In this document: positions 31,987 through 39,931 of the stretch, in pieces
Numbering within the stretch: the first letter of the stretch is position 1
Layout: each line of letters opens with the position of its first letter
IMG/VR virus record: IMGVR_UViG_3300018055_000001
Span: 1-64,000 of that record
From: a virus
DNA: 64,000 bases
Direction: 5' to 3' (one strand)
Made by a program: the position numbers and the translations under genes
The notes under the pieces: generated by a model
What the model was told of the DNA's origin: nothing
What the model saw: the letters and a program-made list of their open reading frames with translations, nothing else
The model's database searches: none

Positions 31987-31995
31987 TGCTAGATT
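31987..31995 (+). promoter_or_regulatory. Class-1 extended -10 box TGCTAGATT
   Basis: 6 nt upstream of in-frame GTG 32002. Confidence 0.5.
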
Positions 31996-32001
31996 TTGTC
32001 C

Positions 32002-32280
32002 GTGGCAACTGACCGGAACCAAGATGAGCTGTTGACCATTCAGATTTCGGCAGCGGACCTGAATGCGCTGGTCGATGTGTTGAAGACTTGTGCTGATGAT
32101 TTCTGCGGAGACCGGCACAAAAATGCTCTTGACCTACGTATGCAGTACCTGCGCATGAGTGCATTGCGCGATTCTGTGACTGAGCCACCACCCACTGTCC
32201 GAGAGCGCAAAGACTCGACGGAGATAGTGATGGTCGATCCGAGGAACATCCCACCTAGGTCACCTGAGAAGAATTGGTAA
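32002..32280 (+). CDS. Hypothetical protein (GTG 32002; ORF track TTG 31996)
   Basis: ORF 31996..32280; TTG 31996 abuts the -10 box so GTG 32002 is preferred. Confidence 0.5.
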   Translation: MATDRNQDELLTIQISAADLNALVDVLKTCADDFCGDRHKNALDLRMQYLRMSALRDSVTEPPPTVRERKDSTEIVMVDPRNIPPRSPEKNW

Positions 32281-32385
32281 GCCAAGCAAAGTCCAGCGGA
32301 TTGTGAGATAAGGGCTCAAGCGGTTACACCCCACAAAGGAAGGAGACTTCATGCTCACCTTCTGGTACATGAGAGGGTTCCAGCC

Positions 32386-32586
32386 ATGATCTCTCATCTC
32401 GTACCCTACGAACAAGTGTTCATCAGCGTCACGCTATCCATGGACGAGGCCACAGCCATTTCAGATGCCTTGTCGCTGGTGGCGGGCAAGGACAAAAGCT
32501 TCAGCGGCCCAGCGGGGAAGTTGAGGGAACTTTTGGAAGATGGAATTGAGAAGGCATCTCAACTGCAGGACAGGAGAACCAAGTGA
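32386..32586 (+). CDS. Hypothetical small protein
   Basis: 66-aa ORF; ATGA-coupled to a 12-codon upstream mini-ORF. Confidence 0.5.
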   Translation: MISHLVPYEQVFISVTLSMDEATAISDALSLVAGKDKSFSGPAGKLRELLEDGIEKASQLQDRRTK

Positions 32587-33122
32587 AGTATCGAGTCATC
32601 AACGCCAGAACGAGGGAGCCGATTGGGGGCGACTTTGAAGCACCGAACATCAGTGCCGCCAAGGTTGTGGGAGCCATGCGAGAGGATTCCATGACCAGGG
32701 TTATCGTGTTCGAGCTACCTCCTGAAGCTAAACCCGTCCCAATGGTGTTGGCTAACATGCCCATAACCAATGTGAATGATCCTGCCCCAGAGGATGACAG
32801 AGCCTCACCAGCCTATGTGAACAGGATGGCCATGGGCGTGGATATGGCTGTTCCGGGTAGCGATGAGACGGTCATCAACTTTCCTCTGGCCGAGGTGGAA
32901 CGAGCTCTTGCCCATTGGCTCAACTACTCCCGGTTCAGGCCACAGGGACTCCCGGAGGGATATCGATTGGTCCCTCACGTCCATCGGGGGCCAAGGGAGA
33001 ACCTGATCGGGCGGTGGGAAGTCTCACTCGTTCTTGTCTCAGAGGAGCCAGCAAAACGTGCTCCTGAAAATGGGTCCTCTCCAGGGCTACCGGAAGGAGC
33101 CAGCAGGAAAGATGCTGGATAG
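32583..33122 (+). CDS. Hypothetical protein
   Basis: AGGAGAA SD, GTG start in GTGA overlap. Confidence 0.6.
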   Translation: MKYRVINARTREPIGGDFEAPNISAAKVVGAMREDSMTRVIVFELPPEAKPVPMVLANMPITNVNDPAPEDDRASPAYVNRMAMGVDMAVPGSDETVINFPLAEVERALAHWLNYSRFRPQGLPEGYRLVPHVHRGPRENLIGRWEVSLVLVSEEPAKRAPENGSSPGLPEGASRKDAG

Positions 33123-33174
33123 TTGTGCTTTCGCTCTCGGGATCACTTCACACTTTTCATTTTGTAAATTCTAT

Positions 33175-33183
33175 TGCTACTTT
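33175..33183 (+). promoter_or_regulatory. Class-1-type box TGCTACTTT inside AT-rich spacer
   Basis: TTCATT lies 16 nt upstream; no ORF follows before hairpin 33216-33240. Confidence 0.3.
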
Positions 33184-33215
33184 CTTCTATTCACTTGTTC
33201 AGTAGTTAGTTATTA

Positions 33216-33240
33216 GAGAGCAGGGTCTGAGACCCCTCTC
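33216..33240 (+). terminator. Hairpin in AT-rich intergenic region
   Basis: GAGAG(ca)GGGTC-tga-GACCC-CTCTC. Confidence 0.5.
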
Positions 33241-33348
33241 GGGATGTTATGAATTTTTGAGAATAAAAAGTGAAGAGCATTCACTGAGGAGAGAAAGTGC
33301 AGTACCCAAGATGGTTACTCCCATTCAAAGCCCCCTCTGGCAGATGCA

Positions 33349-33741
33349 GTGTTGGAGGGAAATACAATCCGTGTAGCCCATGAATTGAAAACTTGGCCAC
33401 AAGAGTTTCAAGCAATCCGTTCTGGGGCAAAGACCCACGAGATCCGTAGGAACCATGACAGAGCATTTCACGTTGGTGATGTTCTGAAGCTTTCAGAGTT
33501 CGTGTTGGATGAATATGATCCGTACAGGGAAGACAACCCTGGAAGGTACACGCACAGATACGAGCTCGTTCAAGTCACCTACGTCAGCAGCGTTTCTTAC
33601 ACGTCCTTGGCCACTTCACATACCTGCGTGGCCATGAGCATTGTCCGTTTGGGGCTGGACGATACACATCAGTACGGCATTGAGCTGCGTATCAATCCTC
33701 TTCCAAAGCGGGCTAAGCCCAATGCCCCGGCGGAAGCCTGA
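33349..33741 (+). CDS. ASCH-fold DUF3850-like protein
   Basis: HELKTWPQEFQAIRSGAKTHEIRRNHDRAFHVGDVLKL matches the DUF3850 N-terminal signature as I recall it; GTG start. Confidence 0.65.
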   Translation: MLEGNTIRVAHELKTWPQEFQAIRSGAKTHEIRRNHDRAFHVGDVLKLSEFVLDEYDPYREDNPGRYTHRYELVQVTYVSSVSYTSLATSHTCVAMSIVRLGLDDTHQYGIELRINPLPKRAKPNAPAEA

Positions 33742-34129
33742 TTGTTGCAAGTGTGGCGCTTGCTGCTTGGCCATCTCTGTGGGGCAGCGGGTTTTTGCTG
33801 ACCTCGAGGCAGAGGATGTGGTCAGCCTGAAGAGGCTGCTGGGAGCCAAGCTGTTTCGAGAGTCTGTGCACGAGGCCACCCCCTTTGATCTGCTAGCACT
33901 CACTCTTTCGAATCAGCGGACAGTGGCAGGTGCGGTCAAAACTACCGAGGCGAAGGATCACGAGGGCAAATCGGTTTGCGTATGCATCTTCTTGACTGGA
34001 ACACCCGGAAAGAAGGTTCGCTGCACCATCTACAAGGACAGGCCCAAAGTTTGCCATGAGGCAGTGGCACCAGGTGACAAGGCATGTATGGTACTTCGCA
34101 CTGTGCGAGGAGTAGGAGCCTCACGATGA
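33722..34129 (+). CDS. YkgJ-family (CxxCxxCC) cysteine-cluster protein
   Basis: PDCCKCGACC...CVCIFL...CTIYKDRPKVC. Confidence 0.7.
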   Translation: MPRRKPDCCKCGACCLAISVGQRVFADLEAEDVVSLKRLLGAKLFRESVHEATPFDLLALTLSNQRTVAGAVKTTEAKDHEGKSVCVCIFLTGTPGKKVRCTIYKDRPKVCHEAVAPGDKACMVLRTVRGVGASR

Positions 34130-34350
34130 TAGACAATCCGATATTGTCCGCGGAAGAATTCCCAACGATAGCCAAAGTGCAGGCGCTAAAGCTACCGATG
34201 AAGACCATCAAGGATTTCGTCGAGTGGCTGAAGAAGGACTGCCCAGACAAACTCATTTCTGATCTTGACGCCACCCTGCTGGTTTACAGATACTACAACG
34301 TAGACGTCGAGGCATTGGTCGATGAAATGGCCGTTGCCAAAACGAGATAA
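34126..34350 (+). CDS. Hypothetical small protein
   Basis: ATGA overlap. Confidence 0.5.
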   Translation: MIDNPILSAEEFPTIAKVQALKLPMKTIKDFVEWLKKDCPDKLISDLDATLLVYRYYNVDVEALVDEMAVAKTR

Positions 34351-34443
34351 GAACAGTAGTCGAGGCAACCATGGTTCAAATTCGAATTGCGGTGAGCGAC
34401 AATCCTGAGCTCACCATGAGCTTGGCAGCTTACTTGGAGGCTC

Positions 34444-34857
34444 ATGGCAAGAAGAGCGTTCAGCATCAAGTGGGGAAAGGACGGGGTACCCGTCGCCTCG
34501 AGGCATGCCCCGGCATTGGCAAAGCAGCTGATTGCCGCGGGGCACTTCAGGCAAAAGCCCCTGCAAAGCGTGCTTACTCCACGCCAGCTAAGATCCAAAA
34601 GACTGGCTGAGGCCAAGCTCGTTAGCGCCAAGGACAACCCATACGGGGTGATGCCTGAGCAGGTTTGGGAGGACATGGACCTTCGGAACCGCGATGAAGC
34701 GGGGAACCTGCGCAGAGTGAAAATCATCGGGCTGTGCTGGTCAGAGCGCGGCTACTTCGCGCTGGCAGAGAATCTAGCCGAGTCAAGAAGGTCGTTCATC
34801 AACCTGCAGTACTTCGCTGTGCGTGGGAAGAAAGGATTCAGGCGCATCGATGCCTAA
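34444..34857 (+). CDS. Hypothetical basic protein (5' end ambiguous, see 34371 ORF)
   Basis: 137-aa ORF; a well-placed SD serves ATG 34371 in the -1-offset frame instead. Confidence 0.5.
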   Translation: MARRAFSIKWGKDGVPVASRHAPALAKQLIAAGHFRQKPLQSVLTPRQLRSKRLAEAKLVSAKDNPYGVMPEQVWEDMDLRNRDEAGNLRRVKIIGLCWSERGYFALAENLAESRRSFINLQYFAVRGKKGFRRIDA

Positions 34858-35077
34858 GTACGGAGATCGTGCGGAGTACAGCGTCAATCGAGAAGGGCTC
34901 ACATTCTGGGAATGGTTCAAGGCGGCAAACCACTGGAACCCCAGCGCCGTCGACGAGAAGACAGCCAGGAAAGCTTGGCGCGCCGGCGAAGATCCGACGG
35001 AGCACGCAGCTCGAGCGCCACAGACGCCCGTGCCACCCCCAAAGAAACAGCCCGTCACCATTCTGTGCATGAGGTAG
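34850..35077 (+). CDS. Hypothetical small protein
   Basis: MPKYGDRAEYSVNREGLTFWEWF... Confidence 0.5.
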   Translation: MPKYGDRAEYSVNREGLTFWEWFKAANHWNPSAVDEKTARKAWRAGEDPTEHAARAPQTPVPPPKKQPVTILCMR

Positions 35078-35079
35078 CT

Positions 35080-35298
35080 ATGGACTCAGATGTTGCACTT
35101 GCGAAGATTCGTGCCGCTATCCAAGACGCCAAGTATCGGGATGCAGCGGAAGTTGCTTCAGACCCAGCGTTGAAGCTTCGGCGCAGTTCTCACATTGACT
35201 ACGAGCCCATGCTTGAACTCATCGAGCACTTTGAGGCTCTTGACGAATGGTTGTCGAGGGGCGGGTTCTTGCCCGCGGATTGGAACAAAGGACGATGA
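35080..35298 (+). CDS. Hypothetical small protein
   Basis: GAGGTAG SD before ATG 35080. Confidence 0.55.
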   Translation: MDSDVALAKIRAAIQDAKYRDAAEVASDPALKLRRSSHIDYEPMLELIEHFEALDEWLSRGGFLPADWNKGR

Positions 35299-35777
35299 AG
35301 CCCAACGCCGTAGATCTGGCATGGGCTGCTGGTTTCTTTGAAGGGGAAGGTTGCACCAGTCTGGATTTTCAAAAGAAAGGCACGCGCCGACGGCTGAGTG
35401 CGGTCAGCACTGATTTAGATGTGCTGAACAAGTTATGCAGGATATTGGGCTGTGGAAAGGTCTACAAACGCGGGCCAGGGCAGCCTGGAAAGACTCGGCC
35501 GAGGAAGCAACAGTGGTACTGGGCAGTCTCTAATTGGGAGGATGTTCAGTTAGTAGCGACTTGGCTTTTGCCGCACATGTGCTCTCGACGGTCTGCGAAG
35601 TTGCGATTGCTCTTGAGTAATCCACCTGTGCGGGGAAGTGGTTTCTGCAAGAAAGGACACCCGTTGGTTGGCCCTGCTGCTGACGTGTATCGAAACTCAT
35701 TGGGTCACATTTCATGTGGTCCTTGTTCAAGGGAAAGAGAACGCAACAAGCGACTTCTCAGGAAGGCGGCCGCATGA
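35295..35777 (+). CDS. LAGLIDADG-type homing endonuclease (single motif) with C-terminal Cys cluster
   Basis: LAWAAGFFEGEGC; C-terminal CKKGH...CGPC; ATGA overlaps both sides. Confidence 0.65.
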   Translation: MKPNAVDLAWAAGFFEGEGCTSLDFQKKGTRRRLSAVSTDLDVLNKLCRILGCGKVYKRGPGQPGKTRPRKQQWYWAVSNWEDVQLVATWLLPHMCSRRSAKLRLLLSNPPVRGSGFCKKGHPLVGPAADVYRNSLGHISCGPCSRERERNKRLLRKAAA

Positions 35778-37504
35778 CGGAGTCTTTGGTTGTATCGAAA
35801 ACGTTGAGTCTCCCTTTGGAGGCTGTGACTAGTACTTTTGGCCTATTGGCGGTTCGGGGTTCTGGAAAGACCAATGCCATGCGGTCCATGGCAGAGGAGA
35901 TGTTTGCGGCCGCACTGCCCTTCGTGGTCATTGACCCTGTTGGGTCTTGGTATGGCCTGCGCTCTGGGCGCGATGGATCCGCGGCGGGAGGGCTTCCAGT
36001 CTTCATTTTCGGCGGAGAACACGGGGATGTGCCGCTTACGCGCGGGTCGGGCGAACTTGTGGCGGACGTCATTGTGTCCCAGCGATTGTCCTCGATCTTG
36101 GACCTGTCCGGGTTCGATTCAGAGTCCGACCGAAAGGCCTTCCTTCTGGCATTCGCGAGGCGCGTTTACCTGAAGAACCGAGATCCCCTTCACCTCTTCC
36201 TCGAGGAAGCGGATGACTACATCCCACAGCGGCCGATGAAGGACGAGCTCCAGCTCAAGCGGGCATGGGAGAACATCGTGAGGCGGGGCCGCGGGCGAGG
36301 CATAGGGATCACTATCGCCACGCAGCGGAGCGCCGTGGTGAACAAGGACGTGCTCACGCAGGTGGAAACGCTCTTCGTCATGCGCACCACTGGCCCGCAG
36401 GACATCGAAGCCATCAAGGCTTGGACCAAGTACCACTCGTTCGGGGAGACTTTGCTGCCGACGCTGTCGGGGTTAGCCGACGGGGAGGCATGGGTATGGT
36501 CACCGCACTTCCTGAAGAAGACCGAGCGGTTCAAGTTCAGGCTCAGCAGAACCTTCGACTCTGGAGCTACACCAAAGAACCTGAAAGGCAAGACTGCCCG
36601 CAAGGCAGCAAGTCTGGCCGATGTTGACATCGACAAGTTGAAGGGTCGAATCGCTGAGACTCTGGAGAGCTCGAAGCAGGAAGATCCCAAGGCGTTGCGT
36701 GCGCAACTTCGAAGTCTCGAGAAAACTCTCGAGGCTCGTGACGAGGAACTTGCGGTTTTGCGAGTGACCAAGCGAGAAGTAGTCAAGCGTGTCGACGTCA
36801 GAGAGATTCAGGCATTGCTGCAAAAGGTGGAAGGCACCACGGAAAGGAATGCAGCCACAGCCACAGCACTGGCGGGAGCTGCCGAGTCTTTGCGAGGAAT
36901 GTTGGGGCCAATATCCGGCCCGGAGACCTCGGCGCCGAAGGTCTCAAGCCCCCAATCCAAGTTGGCAGGCCTCGACCCTAGTGCGCCTTTGAAGCGGCAG
37001 CACAAGATGCCCACAGTCCCACAAGGAGACACGAAGCTTTCCGCGTGTGCGCGCTCCATGCTGGCGGTACTTGCAGCGCGTTACCCTTCGGATACCACAA
37101 CAGCTCAGCTGTCGATTTTGACGGGGTATTCCATCACCAGCAGTGGGTTTGCCAACAGTCTGTCCTCGTTACGCGTGGGTGGTCTGGCAGAAGGCAAGAA
37201 GAACAATCTGGCGATCACGGCAGGTGGGCGTCAGCTTGTGGGCAAAGTTGAGCCTCTTCCAAAGGGAAAGGCATTGCTCGAGTACTGGTGCGCCAAGCTG
37301 GATAAGTGCCCTCGTACTCTTCTCACGGTCATTTACGATGCAGGGCATATGCGTGAGACTGCAGTCACCAAAGAGTACATCGCAGAGCAGTCGGGGTACT
37401 CAGAATCGAGCAGTGGCTTTGCCAATGGGTTGAGCACGTTGCGCACTCTTGAACTCATTAGCGGCTACAAGGAGATGAAGGCAGCAGATATTTTCTACGA
37501 TTGA
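35774..37504 (+). CDS. HerA/DUF87-type P-loop ATPase fused to two wHTH-like repeats
   Basis: Walker A VRGSGKTN...VVIDPVGSWYGL; Walker B LFLEEADDYIPQ; GIGITIATQRSAVVNKDVLTQVETLFVMRT; C-terminal repeats GYSITSSGFANSLSSLR / GYSESSSGFANGLSTLR. Confidence 0.75.
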   Translation: MTESLVVSKTLSLPLEAVTSTFGLLAVRGSGKTNAMRSMAEEMFAAALPFVVIDPVGSWYGLRSGRDGSAAGGLPVFIFGGEHGDVPLTRGSGELVADVIVSQRLSSILDLSGFDSESDRKAFLLAFARRVYLKNRDPLHLFLEEADDYIPQRPMKDELQLKRAWENIVRRGRGRGIGITIATQRSAVVNKDVLTQVETLFVMRTTGPQDIEAIKAWTKYHSFGETLLPTLSGLADGEAWVWSPHFLKKTERFKFRLSRTFDSGATPKNLKGKTARKAASLADVDIDKLKGRIAETLESSKQEDPKALRAQLRSLEKTLEARDEELAVLRVTKREVVKRVDVREIQALLQKVEGTTERNAATATALAGAAESLRGMLGPISGPETSAPKVSSPQSKLAGLDPSAPLKRQHKMPTVPQGDTKLSACARSMLAVLAARYPSDTTTAQLSILTGYSITSSGFANSLSSLRVGGLAEGKKNNLAITAGGRQLVGKVEPLPKGKALLEYWCAKLDKCPRTLLTVIYDAGHMRETAVTKEYIAEQSGYSESSSGFANGLSTLRTLELISGYKEMKAADIFYD

Positions 37505-37524
37505 TTTCAACAAGGAGCAGTTAG

Positions 37525-37821
37525 ATGGAAAGTACAAAGGGCACCTACCGGGGCCCACCGCCGTACTTGTTACGAATTACCAGTAAAGACAACCCAAAGC
37601 ATCGCACGATTGCCGGGGCAGTGTTTCCGTCCCGCTTCGGCCAGTTCAATCTGGTATTGAATCCAGGTGTCCAGATCGGTTGGACCGACAACGTTTGGGT
37701 TACGCTAGTACCAACCAAAGACGCAGAACGAGAACCCCTAGACCCAGGAAATGCAGAGGACTACACCGATGACGGACAAGCCCCAAGAGGAAAAAGCGGA
37801 GACAACGAGTTCCCTTTCTGA
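37525..37821 (+). CDS. Hypothetical protein with SSB-like acidic C-terminal tip
   Basis: AAGGAG SD; ends ...DYTDDGQAPRGKSGDNEFPF. Confidence 0.55.
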   Translation: MESTKGTYRGPPPYLLRITSKDNPKHRTIAGAVFPSRFGQFNLVLNPGVQIGWTDNVWVTLVPTKDAEREPLDPGNAEDYTDDGQAPRGKSGDNEFPF

Positions 37822-37846
37822 GTTGACGCCGACCTCCTCGAGCATC

Positions 37847-38434
37847 ATGGGCAGGCGCCCGCGTGTTTTGCTGGACGTGGACGGCGTCATTGCTGACCTT
37901 GTGCAGCTAATGGTCAACGCTGTTCGAAACCTCAAGCTCAAGGACATCTCAATCAGTTGGCGCCCAACTAAGTGGGATGTAGCCAAAGAGCTAGGCCTCA
38001 CTAACAAGCAGGAAGATGCCGTGTATGAAGTGTTGCGCCTTCCGGGGTCAGCCAACATGCTTCTTCCTTTTCCGGGGGCAGTACAAGGTGTGAAGCGAAT
38101 TGCCAGCTTGTTCGATGTGGCATTTGTGACGGCTCCGGTAGAGGGCAGCGCCACCTGGTGTTTTGACAGAATTGAGTGGCTTGTGAAGCATTTCGGTGAC
38201 GACCTCGGCAACCGCTGGGTTTTCACCGATCACAAGTACCTTGTCTACGGGGATTTCCTTGTGGACGACAAACCCGAGAACTGTTTGGAGTTCAAACAGG
38301 CTTGGCCAGGTAGTGTGCCGATTCGCTGGTTGTCCCCCGGCATGGCTGTTCAGGAGGGCCTCATCCACGTGAGTACCTGGAAAGAGGTTGAAGTCTGCAT
38401 TAGGCAATGGGGAAAGCGAATGTCATTGGTGTAG
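37847..38434 (+). CDS. HAD-family 5'(3')-deoxyribonucleotidase (NT5C-like)
   Basis: LLDVDGVIADL, VTAP, GDFLVDDKPEN; alt start ATG 37769. Confidence 0.7.
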   Translation: MGRRPRVLLDVDGVIADLVQLMVNAVRNLKLKDISISWRPTKWDVAKELGLTNKQEDAVYEVLRLPGSANMLLPFPGAVQGVKRIASLFDVAFVTAPVEGSATWCFDRIEWLVKHFGDDLGNRWVFTDHKYLVYGDFLVDDKPENCLEFKQAWPGSVPIRWLSPGMAVQEGLIHVSTWKEVEVCIRQWGKRMSLV

Positions 38435-38438
38435 AGAA

Positions 38439-38447
38439 TGCTAACGT
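38439..38447 (+). promoter_or_regulatory. Class-1-type box TGCTAACGT
   Basis: Just after NT5C stop and before the HNH-associated hairpin. Confidence 0.3.
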
Positions 38448-38450
38448 AGA

Positions 38451-38484
38451 GACCCCCGCACCAGCTAGTAACTGGACGGGGGTC
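38451..38484 (+). promoter_or_regulatory. Stem-loop immediately 5' of HNH gene; homolog of 176-206
   Basis: GACCCCCG-caccagctagtaactgga-CGGGGGTC; the loop and flanks align with 171-222. Confidence 0.6.
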
Positions 38485-38489
38485 AGCCC

Positions 38490-38987
38490 ATGAAAGGACT
38501 AGTTTCGATGGACGTAGCAACTATTGCCAAGTTTTGGTCTTGTGTCAATAAGATGGGGCCGATGCACCCTGTACTCAGGACGCGATGCTGGCTATGGGCA
38601 GCCAGTAGGATGAGTAGTGGCTATGGGAAGGTCACAGTAGAAGGTAAGCAGGAATCAGCAAACCGGGTTTCGTGGCTACTAGAGCATGGGACTTGGCCCG
38701 TACATCTGGCCCTTCATTGTTGCGATGTTCGTGCATGTGTTCGACCTGATCATTTATTTGATGGGACGCATCAAGATAACGTGGCTGACATGTTGGCTAA
38801 GGGGAGGGGCAATCGCGCCGCTGGAGATGACCACGGTAGAGCCGCACTGACATCCGACAAGGTTTTGGATATTCGGAGAGATTACAAAAATGGGGTAGGG
38901 GGCTACAAGAAGCTAGCTAGAACTTATGGGGTGAGCTCAAATCAGATACTTAGGATTGTTCGCAGATTGAATTGGAGGCATATTTAG
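38490..38987 (+). CDS. HNH homing endonuclease (HNH_3 type), paralog of 223-705
   Basis: LALHCCDVRACVRPDHLFDGTHQDNVADM; same C-terminal HTH-like tail. Confidence 0.85.
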   Translation: MKGLVSMDVATIAKFWSCVNKMGPMHPVLRTRCWLWAASRMSSGYGKVTVEGKQESANRVSWLLEHGTWPVHLALHCCDVRACVRPDHLFDGTHQDNVADMLAKGRGNRAAGDDHGRAALTSDKVLDIRRDYKNGVGGYKKLARTYGVSSNQILRIVRRLNWRHI

Positions 38988-39010
38988 TGTAGCCCCTCGT
39001 TAGGAGAAAT

Positions 39011-39187
39011 ATGCACGAGATAGTCTTGGTTCTAGTGATATTGGGGCAAGGGGCTGTATTTGCTGTTCGTTGGGCCTTCAGGCTGTGGCTCTGGTGGTGT
39101 GCCCTTATTTTCGTTGTCCTAGTGGGGTCCATCCTGATTGGCAAGTATTGGCCGAAGCCCGGTAATAAGGGACGCGAAGGAGGCTAG
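39011..39187 (+). CDS. 58-aa two-TM membrane protein
   Basis: Own translation MHEIVLVLVILGQGAVFAVRWAFRLWLWWCALIFVVLVGSILIGKYWPKPGNKGREGG*; AGGAGAAAT SD. Confidence 0.55.
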   Translation: MHEIVLVLVILGQGAVFAVRWAFRLWLWWCALIFVVLVGSILIGKYWPKPGNKGREGG

Positions 39188-39193
39188 CTGGGT

Positions 39194-39652
39194 ATGCCTG
39201 TACGTCCCATTTTGTCGAAGTACCCCAGGTTGCATGCACTCCTGCGAAGGGACGCTCAAGCCAACACTGAGTTCAATGAGGCTCTTCTTGAGGTATCCAA
39301 GGACGGAGGGGCATCTGCCATTATCGGGGAACTTCAAAAGGATCTGGAGACCTCCGAGGAGAATTTGCAGAAACAGATTGCGCAAGTAGGGATTTCTCAG
39401 CGTAGTCAGGAGAGATCAGTACGCTTCATCCGATTGTTTGGAGAGCTCCTCGAAGCGCAAACCAGCTTCAAACCCTACGTGGATGACCTCACGTACAAGA
39501 ACAAGTACATGATTGAGTTCAGTCCAGCTCAGATTAGGTTGGCACTTCGTCTTTATTGGGACATCATAGGGCAGGCCATGGAAAGTACAATTGCGCGCAC
39601 CGTAGTGATGGATCCGGCGGCTGAACGAGAAGGTGATATCGATGATGAATAG
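39194..39652 (+). CDS. Hypothetical protein
   Basis: 152-aa ORF. Confidence 0.6.
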   Translation: MPVRPILSKYPRLHALLRRDAQANTEFNEALLEVSKDGGASAIIGELQKDLETSEENLQKQIAQVGISQRSQERSVRFIRLFGELLEAQTSFKPYVDDLTYKNKYMIEFSPAQIRLALRLYWDIIGQAMESTIARTVVMDPAAEREGDIDDE

Positions 39653-39929
39653 GCGCTACCCCATATCCCCCAACGGGCAACCAGTGAGTATCGAGTACCG
39701 GTGCGATGCCATTGTGGAGGACAGTTCTGTCGAATTTGCGCAGAAGCTGCAAGCGTCCTTGAACACAAACACCGGGGAAGGATTTGTCATGCAGACCATG
39801 CTGGGCCGTGAGAAGGACCAAGGGCTAGTGTTGGTTTATCAAAGAGCGACATTGCTGACTAGGGAACAAATTGAAGAGGAGTTGGAGACGACGCACTCCT
39901 CCACACTGCCACCGGGAACGAGGCACTGA
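39642..39929 (+). CDS. Hypothetical protein
   Basis: ATG 39642 (MMNRRYPISPNG...). Confidence 0.5.
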   Translation: MMNRRYPISPNGQPVSIEYRCDAIVEDSSVEFAQKLQASLNTNTGEGFVMQTMLGREKDQGLVLVYQRATLLTREQIEEELETTHSSTLPPGTRH

Positions 39930-39931
39930 GT

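Noticed and set aside
33034-33216. 60-aa ORF extending into the AT-rich spacer
   Set aside because: It starts inside the 32583-33122 gene in another frame, and its product is Phe/Leu/Cys-rich as expected from AT-rich DNA.
36217-36786. 189-aa minus-strand ORF and several plus-strand alternative frames (35838-36627)
   Set aside because: They lie within the HerA-type ATPase gene, whose Walker A/B and downstream motifs fix the frame.
35774-37504. Calling the P-loop ATPase the terminase large subunit
   Set aside because: The motifs match the HerA/DUF87 clade rather than TerL. There is no C-terminal RNase-H-like nuclease domain and no adjacent small terminase or portal. It is left as a HerA-type ATPase of unknown role.
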